Source: a virus (Duplodnaviria; Caudoviricetes). Taken from it: 64,000 nt of DNA. A program made the position numbers and the translations under genes. The number at the start of each line of letters is the position of its first letter. Positions within the stretch are counted from its first letter, which is position 1. This document shows positions 7,874-17,444 of this stretch, in pieces. The DNA lies in IMG/VR virus record IMGVR_UViG_3300031555_003590, positions 1 to 64,000 of that record; one strand, written 5' to 3'. The notes under the pieces were generated by a model that was not told where the DNA came from, did not search any database, and saw only the letters and a list, made by a program, of their open reading frames with translations.

Positions 7874-10162
7874 TTACAGGTTGGCGTCGATATAGATTGT
7901 TTCGTAATTACCAACAACGGTTGCCGCATGGGGTTTGCTGGCAATTTGTTCCTCTGAAGTTGCTATTACGATTAAACCATTACTGCTCTTGTAAAAAACA
8001 AGATCTGCCTCTCTATTCGGATACACTCCTGTTTCAACATTGAAAGCCAGTAATGTGCTGATCGGCGAGGGATTTGCTCTCATTTCTACAGGAGTCGGAA
8101 TGAAAAACGCCACTTCATTTGTTGTAGCATTTGCGCTTCCGGCAAATTTTCCATAAGCAGGTGGTATTGCCAGAAAATACCTCTGGCACTTCGCCAGCTC
8201 CAGCGCCTTATTGGGAGGCGGGTCGTTGAGCACCCAGTTTCCGTCCGCATCTTGATGGGCGAGGGTCTGGACAGAGCCAAGTTCGAGTTTGGCGGCAAAT
8301 ATTTTGACTTTTTTTGCTTCACGGGCAAAAATCACAAATTGAACCAATTGTGCACCTGATATTTGCCACCTAAGCACAATGTCATCAAAAGAAGTGTCAA
8401 GCACTACAGCATTTGTACTTTCAAATATTTCTGTTGCTGTCCTAAGTCCCGAATCTGTAAGAACAGATAAAGTTACAGTTTTATTAACATAATCTGCAGG
8501 ATCGCAATCTAATTTTTGAAAGAAATAATGTTTGGCAGTATTTGCTGAATTGTCTAATATAATCCCATCTTCATCTTCTTGTAAGATTAGAGGTTTTTCT
8601 AATTTCCATCTATCAATGCTATATACTGAACCAGTAGAAATATACCCTCTTACTGCCTTCGTCCAGTCCACATAATAGGTCGTGTCATCCACGCTTACGC
8701 TGCCATATACCCCATCAGCATAAAGCGCTTTTGTATACGTTGTCACTGTCCCCACCTGCGTTGTCAGTCCCGTGTCGCTGTAGTATAACGTATCCGGTGG
8801 AACAATGTACCCGTTCCGCTGGTCAATTACATTGTCCGCGGCGAAGTACCAGTTATCTAATAAATTTGGGTTAGAGTGTTGTGAACCAACAAACTCCCCT
8901 GTAATAGGACTATATTGTTCACATATAATATATTGCTCAGTATAATCAGGTATTTCATTTAATACCCAATTACCATTATTATCTTGATGAGCTAGTGTTT
9001 GAATATCTCCTAGTTCTAATTTAACTGCTTCAATTATTGCTTCTCCTTCACCCTCTAGATTAAACCCAACTCTAATATTACCACTAATTTCATTAGGTAG
9101 TGTAACAGTTGTATATGTTAAACCATTGCTTATATATTCACTTCTTGCATATGCATTTACATCTCTTGCATATGCATTTACATCATCGGTAATACTAATT
9201 CTAGCTCTTGAAGTTCCTGATACCACCTTCATAGAAATAGTAACAGTTTTTCCAGTTAAACATTCAGAATTATAAATATTTTGTAATAAAAATATTGAAT
9301 AATCAATAGAAGTAAATTTAATACCATCATTTTGTAATACTATAGAACTTTTAGGATTATTAAATCTCCATCTATCAAATGCATTACCGGTTATAAATCC
9401 AATCTGCACTAAATTCCAATCTACATAATAAGTTGTATTAACAGTAGTTTCAGTACCATCATCACTAGTAGTAGTTTCTGATATTACAATTCTTCCATAT
9501 ACTCCATCACCATAAAATACTTTCGTAGAACCATCAACTGTACCTACTACTGTTTGTAATGTAGTATCACTATAATATTGAGTACCTTTATTAACAAAAT
9601 ACACCATCTGATTTCTATTAACTGGTTTTACAAAATACCAGTTATGTAGTAGATTAGGATTGGAAGAAGCTGCACCAATCATACTAGGTGTAATAGGATC
9701 ACTACCATCATTAGCATGTGTACTAGCATGTGTAGTTAATTGTTCTAGTGGAACTTTACCACTATCATCTAGTGTTGCTATACCACCTGGTACTCCTTTA
9801 GCATCTTCATAAATAGGTTCTGGTAATAATTCTACATCCTCAGATTCACCTTTAAGATATACTGCTCTACTAAATTTTTCTTCTAAATATGCATTGGTAT
9901 CAGCATTTTGAATAAATGCTAATCCATTAGTACAATCAACAAGAACTTTTACAATTGCATTTTGGGCAAATAAATCACTTAATTGAGTAACATCATTTCT
10001 ATGTGCATCAACAAATGTAAAATCCTTACTAGTTTCAATACCATTAACATCAGGATATACAACAGTTAATCCATTAATACTAGAATAATCTAAAGGTGAT
10101 TTAAATAATACTTCTGATCCATCTGTAATTGTATAATCAATTATTGCTCTAATATTAGCCAT
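7874..10162 (-). CDS. Tail fibre protein with two tandem SNPNLL-x-NWYF (CBM-like) domains
   Basis: Duplicated domain SNPNLL..WYF...DRW...KLELG..QTLAHQD; C-terminal ELAKCQRYF motif of Firmicutes phage fibres. Confidence 0.8.
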   Translation of the reverse strand: MANIRAIIDYTITDGSEVLFKSPLDYSSINGLTVVYPDVNGIETSKDFTFVDAHRNDVTQLSDLFAQNAIVKVLVDCTNGLAFIQNADTNAYLEEKFSRAVYLKGESEDVELLPEPIYEDAKGVPGGIATLDDSGKVPLEQLTTHASTHANDGSDPITPSMIGAASSNPNLLHNWYFVKPVNRNQMVYFVNKGTQYYSDTTLQTVVGTVDGSTKVFYGDGVYGRIVISETTTSDDGTETTVNTTYYVDWNLVQIGFITGNAFDRWRFNNPKSSIVLQNDGIKFTSIDYSIFLLQNIYNSECLTGKTVTISMKVVSGTSRARISITDDVNAYARDVNAYARSEYISNGLTYTTVTLPNEISGNIRVGFNLEGEGEAIIEAVKLELGDIQTLAHQDNNGNWVLNEIPDYTEQYIICEQYSPITGEFVGSQHSNPNLLDNWYFAADNVIDQRNGYIVPPDTLYYSDTGLTTQVGTVTTYTKALYADGVYGSVSVDDTTYYVDWTKAVRGYISTGSVYSIDRWKLEKPLILQEDEDGIILDNSANTAKHYFFQKLDCDPADYVNKTVTLSVLTDSGLRTATEIFESTNAVVLDTSFDDIVLRWQISGAQLVQFVIFAREAKKVKIFAAKLELGSVQTLAHQDADGNWVLNDPPPNKALELAKCQRYFLAIPPAYGKFAGSANATTNEVAFFIPTPVEMRANPSPISTLLAFNVETGVYPNREADLVFYKSSNGLIVIATSEEQIASKPHAATVVGNYETIYIDANL
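9143..9184. repeat. Perfect 21-bp tandem duplication, in frame (DVNAYAR x2)
   Basis: TCTTGCATATGCATTTACATC at 9143-9163 and 9164-9184. Confidence 0.95.
9741..9841. repeat. 101-bp direct repeat, copy 2
   Basis: Matches 5841..5941; the copies are exactly 3900 bp apart. Confidence 0.95.
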
Positions 10163-10176
10163 TATCTATCCCTCCT

Positions 10177-10383
10177 TTATTCAGCTACTGTTTCTTCTTC
10201 AGTAGTTGTTTCTTCAACAACTTCAACTGTAGCAAGTCTACTAGTTGTAATTGAATTTTCTAATTCTTTAAGTCTTGCATCTGTAGTAGTTCTAGGTGCA
10301 TATAAAATATCTGTTTTTGATCTAAGTTCAACTAACATTTTATCTAGACCATTAGGATCTAAGAATTGATATTCTGTAGCCAT
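10177..10383 (-). CDS. Small hypothetical tail-region protein
   Basis: AGGAGG RBS; FLDPNGL motif; acidic tail. Confidence 0.65.
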   Translation of the reverse strand: MATEYQFLDPNGLDKMLVELRSKTDILYAPRTTTDARLKELENSITTSRLATVEVVEETTTEEETVAE

Positions 10384-10467
10384 AAATATATTCCTCCTTA
10401 TATTATAATAATTATCGTTACTTTAATGGTTTCACATAATCAATTATATTGTATAAATTAAACAAAT

Positions 10468-10497
10468 ATAGAGGAGGGAATTAATTCCCTCCTCTAT
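10468..10497. terminator. Perfect 30-bp palindrome / terminator
   Basis: ATAGAGGAGGGAATT|AATTCCCTCCTCTAT. Confidence 0.75.
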
Positions 10498-10506
10498 TAT
10501 TATAAA

Positions 10507-12123
10507 TTATACTGTATAATTATATACCTTAGTGGCATTAGTTAAAGGAGTATTGGTACTAGCAGATTCAATAGTAATATAAGTCCAATCAGATTGACTA
10601 CCAGTATAATTTACAGTTCTAAGTGCAGAACAACCATAGAATGCTCCACCACCAATAAATGACAGATTTCTATAAATAGTAACTGTAGCTAACTTTGTAC
10701 AATTTTGGAATACAGCTCTGTCAAGACTAGTTATTTTTGAAGGAATAACAATACTAATTATTCCAGTAGCCTGGAATGCAGCACGGCCAATATATGTAAC
10801 ACTATTAGGAATAGTTACATTCTTTAATAGAGCACAATTCATAAATGCACCAATACTAATTTCAGTTACACTATTAGGAATATTTACAGTAGTTAAATTA
10901 ACACAAGTATTGAATGCGTAGTCATCAATGCTTTTTACTGTATTTGGAATATTTACATTAACTAAATTATTACAGTTAGCAAATGCATTATCTCCAATAC
11001 CCACTACTGTATATGGAATTCCATCCTCACCAGTAAATGTACCAGGAATATTTAATTCAGTAATTGTACTATTATATCCAACCATAGATCTATTTTCTGC
11101 AGTTACAATAAATTCAGAAGGATTAACAATACTCCATTGTACTTCCTTAGTAATTGTAAATCCATCACTCCATTTATAGTTATCAAGAGGAGTGAAAGTA
11201 GTAGTATAGGTACCTAAAGCAGAAGAAGAAGTTGTACCACCAATTGTCATCTTATTAGAATCATATCCATTAAAAATGGGAGTAATTTCATTACCAGTAT
11301 AAATATTATTTACAGTAGATACTATAGGAACTTCAATAGTAGCCTTATCGATCATCCAATCTACATTCTTAGGATCACTAGTACCATCTTCCCATTCATA
11401 ATTATCAATTGGAACAAATGTAGCAGTATAAATTCCAGATTCAACTGCACTAGTAATTCCACTAATGGTTAGTTTGGTACTATCATAATTAACCCATTCA
11501 GGAGATTGTTCTGTTCCATCATATACTAGCATACCAGTGGTTGTAGGAATAATATTTGTATCATCATCATGAATTATCCATTGAACTTCTTTTCCATTGA
11601 TAGTACCATCAGACCACTGATAATTGATAGTTGGAACAAATATAGCAGTATAAGTACCAGCATTAATAGCAGTATCCCCAGTTACAAACATCTTATTAGA
11701 ATCATAATTATTCCATTCAGCAGTAATAGTAGATCCAGTATAATTATATTCTGTAGCTTGAGTAGGTACTGTATCAATAATTGCTCTACCGATAGACCAT
11801 TCAATAGTAATAGGATCTATGGAACCACCCTGCCATATATAATTAGTAGTATCGTTTAATGTAAATATAACATTATATTTACCAGCTTCAATTGCGCTAG
11901 TAATTCCACTAATAGTCATTATACTAGCATCATATCCAGACCATTCAGGAAATTGTTCTGTTCCATCATATATTAAATTATTATTAACTAAAGTTGGATA
12001 TTGTACTACAGTTATACCATCTAGTATATTTAAACTAACAGTACCTTCAACAGAATGAAATTTTTTAATATCACTTGGAGTAAATCCCCATAATACTTTT
12101 ACTGTTTTTAAAAAAGTACTCAT
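10507..12123 (-). CDS. Virion surface protein: four Ig-like repeats plus BspA-type leucine-rich repeats
   Basis: Four ~73-aa Y(D/T)G..W..YD..(M/L)TISG..A..AG.Y...F....Y.W.DG repeats; C-terminal IPNSVTxIxxxAFxxC LRR_5 repeats. Confidence 0.8.
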   Translation of the reverse strand: MSTFLKTVKVLWGFTPSDIKKFHSVEGTVSLNILDGITVVQYPTLVNNNLIYDGTEQFPEWSGYDASIMTISGITSAIEAGKYNVIFTLNDTTNYIWQGGSIDPITIEWSIGRAIIDTVPTQATEYNYTGSTITAEWNNYDSNKMFVTGDTAINAGTYTAIFVPTINYQWSDGTINGKEVQWIIHDDDTNIIPTTTGMLVYDGTEQSPEWVNYDSTKLTISGITSAVESGIYTATFVPIDNYEWEDGTSDPKNVDWMIDKATIEVPIVSTVNNIYTGNEITPIFNGYDSNKMTIGGTTSSSALGTYTTTFTPLDNYKWSDGFTITKEVQWSIVNPSEFIVTAENRSMVGYNSTITELNIPGTFTGEDGIPYTVVGIGDNAFANCNNLVNVNIPNTVKSIDDYAFNTCVNLTTVNIPNSVTEISIGAFMNCALLKNVTIPNSVTYIGRAAFQATGIISIVIPSKITSLDRAVFQNCTKLATVTIYRNLSFIGGGAFYGCSALRTVNYTGSQSDWTYITIESASTNTPLTNATKVYNYTV

Positions 12124-12190
12124 GAATAGTTATACCTCCTTTAATTGACATATATAAACATTCTTTTCATAATATTTAGATAAATAATTA

Positions 12191-12301
12191 TTAAAAATAT
12201 TCAATATCATTCATTTTAGCTGCAGTACATAATATTGCTGCAATAAAACCTACAAAAGCTGACAATGGTACAATCCATAATAAATGTAATATATTTATCA
12301 T
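12191..12301 (-). CDS. 36-aa single-TM membrane protein
   Basis: GAAAGGA RBS; MINILHLLWIVPLSAFVGFIAAILCTAAKMNDIEYF. Confidence 0.6.
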   Translation of the reverse strand: MINILHLLWIVPLSAFVGFIAAILCTAAKMNDIEYF

Positions 12302-12444
12302 ATTATTATTTCCTTTCAATATAATATTAGCAAGTAAATTATAAAATTGTGATATGTTAATAAATTAATTTTATTAAGTATATTATCAATTTACACAGCT
12401 TCTTAATATTAATTATTAATAAATATAATAGGTAGGTGAATTAA

Positions 12445-15400
12445 ATGTATGATAATATTATAAGTTTAGAAAATCTAGAATATGGTGCATATATTTTAGA
12501 TTATGAAGACAATTATGCATTAAGTGAAAATGTTAAATATGCTGGTGCAGAATTTAACAAACTTCATGTACGTAAAGTTAGACTTCCAGAAGGTAGAGGA
12601 AATATTATTTTCTTATTATCTAATACATTTGATAGTACCATTAAAATGTTAAATGGTAATAATTTTCTAATTCCTCCATCATATAATAAAATCTTTTATC
12701 CACAAATGATTACTTCACAATTTATGAGTAAGCGCATTAGAATCAATAATTCAAAAATTAGATCAGAAAGAAATAATATTATCAATAAACAAACAAAGAT
12801 GAAACCATATCCATCTAGAGTTATTCAAAATAAATCAATGGATAATATTTTCTTTATTACTAGTGATATTTTTGAAGCTACATTACCAATCATGAAAAAT
12901 TATACTCCAAAAAGAATTTATCAAGAATTTTATCCACAATTTATTTCAATATTAAAAGGGTATTGTCCAGAAAAACCAGCTGTTAGTAAAAATAATAACT
13001 GGGATAATAGAATTCTATTAATTGATGTAGATGGATTTAAATTTGATATTAATTCATCATTAATTAATAATAAAATGAATCCATTATTTATGATTTATTT
13101 AGCTTTCTTAAGAAATAAATCATTATCATCATTAAATGTTGATATTGATATGATGATTTGTAGTAAGAATTTATTTATTAAATTTAATCCTGCTAAAACT
13201 ACTAAAGATGATTGGTCTATATTTAAACGAGCATTATTCCGTATCATGAATGTTAATTTAGATGATTATACTAATAATCTTTCAGATACAGATAAAAGTG
13301 AACTTAGTTTATCAGTAAAAGATAATATCATAGATAATGTAATAAATGATACAGTTGAAGTATATGGGCAGATGGCTTCTACTACAACTAAGATTGCACT
13401 AGCTAATGCTATTGAAACTAAAGTTAAAAAGAATATTACTGATAAAGCTGTAGTATCAAAAGCAATTAGAAATGATGTAAAAGCCGTAGCTGATACGTTA
13501 AATCAAGATAAAGAAACTCCAGAACAATTCTTCATGAAATATGTAGATCCAAGAAGTGAAAAATTATTTAATACATTTAGTAAATATGAACCATTAGGTG
13601 TTAGTACTGGAACTATTATTGATGAAGACGAATTAGATGACGAAGAACTTGAAATGATTGATTCAGAAACATTAGAAGATGATGTTAAGGATGAAATTAA
13701 TGATGTATTAACTGCAGATGAAGAAGTAGTTGCAGAAGTATTAGAAGAAATTCAAGATAAGACAGCTCCTATGAAAAATCCTAAAACAGCACCTGTGAAT
13801 AGTGCTAGGGATTTGAAATTAAGAGAAGAGCAGAAAAAATTAGTAATTAAGAATGAAACTATCGAGCAGGTACTCGCAAGAGATGCATCAAATATTCCAG
13901 TAGAAAATGTTGATAAATCAGCAGTAATGCATACTTCAAATGAAAATATGAAGAAGATTACATTTACTAATTTTGATAAAACATATATTGAAAAATTATA
14001 TACTAAAGATTTATTGTCATGCTTTGATATGCTAAAAGATAAATCTTCTCCATTTTATATTACTGGAATTGATATTAAAGATACTTCTAATACCATGAAT
14101 TATCAGGATACATGGACAGTTCATTTAGTAGATGAAGTAAATAAAAAGCATACAATTAAAGTTGATATTCCAAAATTTCAAAATAATCGTTTTATGTTAA
14201 TTGATGGAACTAGGTGGATTATATTAAAACAAAATTTTTATAATCCATTAGTAAAAGATACTCCTGATACAGTTATCCTAACTACTAACTACAATAAAGT
14301 TACAATTACTAGAAAATCTACTAAATCATTATCTACTATTGAAAGAATATTTTCTTTAATTAAGAAGACTGGGGACACTAATGTATTTACAAATGGAGAT
14401 TCCAGTAGAAGTAATATGAAGTATATTTCATCATTAGAATATGATGAATTATCAAGAAGATTATTTAAATTTGAATCCAATGGATGTGAAATTTATTTCT
14501 CCAGAGATTATATTAAAGATAATTTATCTGATAAGATTCCTAATAATATGAAGGGTAATGAATTCTTCATTGGAATTGAAAATAATTCTCCTATTATTAT
14601 TAATGAAGATACTGGATTAGATAGATTAGGTAGAACAATCGCTGAAATTATTGAATCAAATTTATCAGATGAATATAAAGAATTATATAAATCAATTAAA
14701 GCACCTAGCCAATCAATGTATGCAGAAGGAAAATTGGCAGGTGAAATGATTCCTATTATTGTAACATTAATGGTATGGAATGGATTATCTAAAACTCTAG
14801 ATAAGATAGGTATGAAATGGACATTTCATCCTAATTCTAAAAAAGTTACAAATCCAATACCAGGTATGAAATATATTAGATTTAGTGATGGTATACTCGA
14901 GTATGAAGCATTAACATATGCTGAATTAATCTTAAATGGATTAAATAAACTTAAACCTGAAAAAATGAAATTTGAAGACTTTGATTCTGAAGTTGGTTAT
15001 GCAGATTATGTATATTCTCAATGGGGATCGTATAATGGTATTACTGAATTAAAAAACTTCAATGAATTCTTAATTGACCCAATTACTAAAGTAACTTGTA
15101 GAGATTTATTCTTACCTGAAGAAGCTGATGCTTTATTAATTTATGCAGTAAAAATGTTAGCAGATAATGCATATAAATCTAAAGCGTATGATGGTTCATA
15201 TCGTGTAAGATCAATTGAAATGATACCAGCTATTTTGTATTCTTGTATTGCTAATCAATATAAAGCTTATGTTAAAAGCGGTAGACGTATTCCAATGACA
15301 TTAAATCAAAGAGTAGTAATTTCTAAATTAATTTCTGAAAAAACTGTAGAAGCATATTCTACTCTAAATCCAGTTATTGAAGTAAGTAAAACTCATACTA

Positions 15401-17416
15401 TTTCTACTAAAGGATATAGAGGTTCTAACTCCGATCATTCTTATGATGAAGAGAAACGTTCTTATGATCCATCTGCAGTTGGAAAGATAGCAATTAGTAC
15501 TAGTCCTGATGCCAATGTTGGTGTTAATAAGCAGATAGTCGTTGAACCTACAATAGCTAATGCAAGAGGATATCGTGATCAAGTTGATGATCCAAATGAG
15601 TTAAAGGATATTAATGTTTTTTCTCCAGTAGAAATGTTAACTCCAGGAACAGCTCGAAATGATGATCCAATTCGGACAGCGATAAACATACAGGACACAT
15701 TATACCCTGCTGTCGCTGTAAAACCACACAAATGCGGGGAGTCCCTTAGAGCATGAACTACCACGACTGACAGTAATGTACAGTGCAGTAGTAACTGTAA
15801 TGAGTTACGGGCGGTAAAAACGTTCATGATTGGGTAATCCGCAGATATTATTCTGTACTTTAAAAATAATTTTCCTAATGGAAATGGTGACGAAGTAAAG
15901 TTAATTCGTCAATATATTCAAGAAGGATTGTCTAATAATGAAATATTAGAAAAGATTGGTAAAGAAAAACTAAATATTATGTCAATCTATTTGGAAGAGA
16001 AAAACAACGCTTCAAGAAAAATAATAAAATCAGTACAGAATAACTTTCAACGACTATCGAAAGCATAGCATAAGATATAAAAACTTATGTGAAGAAGCAA
16101 GTAGAGTACGGCTATACTGATAATAGTATAGTGGGTGAGAATACCTTAAATGGAAACGTGTGGCACTATATATGATAATACTATATAGCGAAGATATAGT
16201 CTGGCTATTATGGAAACATAGTAGGTTTATAAAAAGAGCAGCCAAACAATCATCTCATGTAGTACCAGTAAAAGATGCAGCACCTTCATTAGTATCTAAT
16301 GGATATGATGAAGCAGTTCAATTCCATTTATCAGATGATTTTGTTATTAATGCAGAAGAAGATGGTAAAGTAATTGATGTTAATGAAGAATTAGGATTTA
16401 TTGTAGTAGAATATAAATCTGGTAAGACTAGAGCTATTAATACTAAACCTGAAGTTGTTAAAAACTCCAATGGAGGTTTCTTCTTATCTAACCAACTTAC
16501 TCCCACTCATACTAAAGTAGGAGAAAAATTTAAAAAAGATGAACCACTAGCATATCATGATAAATACTTTAAATATTCTAAAATGAATGGTTTGCGTTAT
16601 TCAGTAGGACCAATAGCAAAAATTGCATTTATGTCTTCTTATAATACATATGAAGATGCAGGTTTATGTACTGAATCATTTGCCGATCGTATGAAATCCA
16701 GTATGGTATATCAAGAAACTGCAAAATTTAAAAAGAATAATAATATTCTTGATATGGTTAAAATTGGTGATCATGTTAATATTGGTGACCCATTAATTAA
16801 ATTTGATGTATCAGTAGAAGATAATGAATTAGCAAAGTATTTATCTAAATTATCTGAAGATAATGCTGCATTATTAGAAGAAGAAACTAAATCTGATATT
16901 AAAACTAGTCATGCTGGTAAAGTAATTGATATTAAAGTATATACTTTGCTTGACCCTAGTAATTTATCTCCTTCTCTAGGTAAAATTGTTCAACAATATT
17001 TTGATAAATCAATTAATACAAAAGAATATTTAAGTAAATTTGATAACAATGATAGTATTATGAAAGCAGGCATTCTATTAACTGATTCTAATGAACCTAT
17101 TAAAAATAGATATAATACTATTAAAGGAAATAAAGGTATTGATGTTTTAATTGAAATTTATATTGAACATGATGATGTAATGGGTGTTGGAGATAAAGTT
17201 GCATTATATTCCGCAAATAAACAAATCATTTCAGAAGTAATTCCTAAAGGTTGGGAACCTTATTCTGAATTTGAACCAGATGAAGAGATTAGTGTATTTA
17301 CCTCACCTGGAACTATCGCAAGGAGAATGACTAGTAGTGTTATTGCTATTTCTTCCGCTTTTAAATGTTTAATCTATCTTAAAAAGAGAATAAAGAAGGA
17401 AATAAAGTATAAATAA
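12445..17416 (+). CDS. Phage multisubunit RNA polymerase beta-like subunit; exons 12445..15683 and 16237..17416 (1472 aa spliced)
   Basis: Beta motifs DD.IRTAI^AAKQSSH, YNTYEDA, GDKV...NKQII and PG.IARRMT. It ends early, as in the split beta subunits of phiKZ/AR9-type phages. Confidence 0.9.
15684..16236 (+). mobile_element. Group I intron in RNAP gene (553 nt) with a degraded endonuclease remnant
   Basis: P1 ACAGCGAT/GTCGCTGT with U.G at 15683; P10 CTGCT/AGCAG; P AAATGCGGGGA, Q AATCCGCAG, R TTCAACGACTA, S AAGATATAGTCT; terminal G at 16236; splicing restores the frame. Confidence 0.93.
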
Positions 17417-17444
17417 AAAGAAGGGAGGATATCCTCCCTTCTTT
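17417..17444. terminator. Bidirectional terminator (perfect 28-bp palindrome) between convergent genes
   Basis: AAAGAAGGGAGGAT|ATCCTCCCTTCTTT. Confidence 0.8.

Noticed and set aside
16160-16236. N-terminus of ORF 16160..17416 and C-terminal tail of 12445..15756 as separate proteins
   Set aside because: Both extensions are intron sequence; splicing joins the two ORFs.
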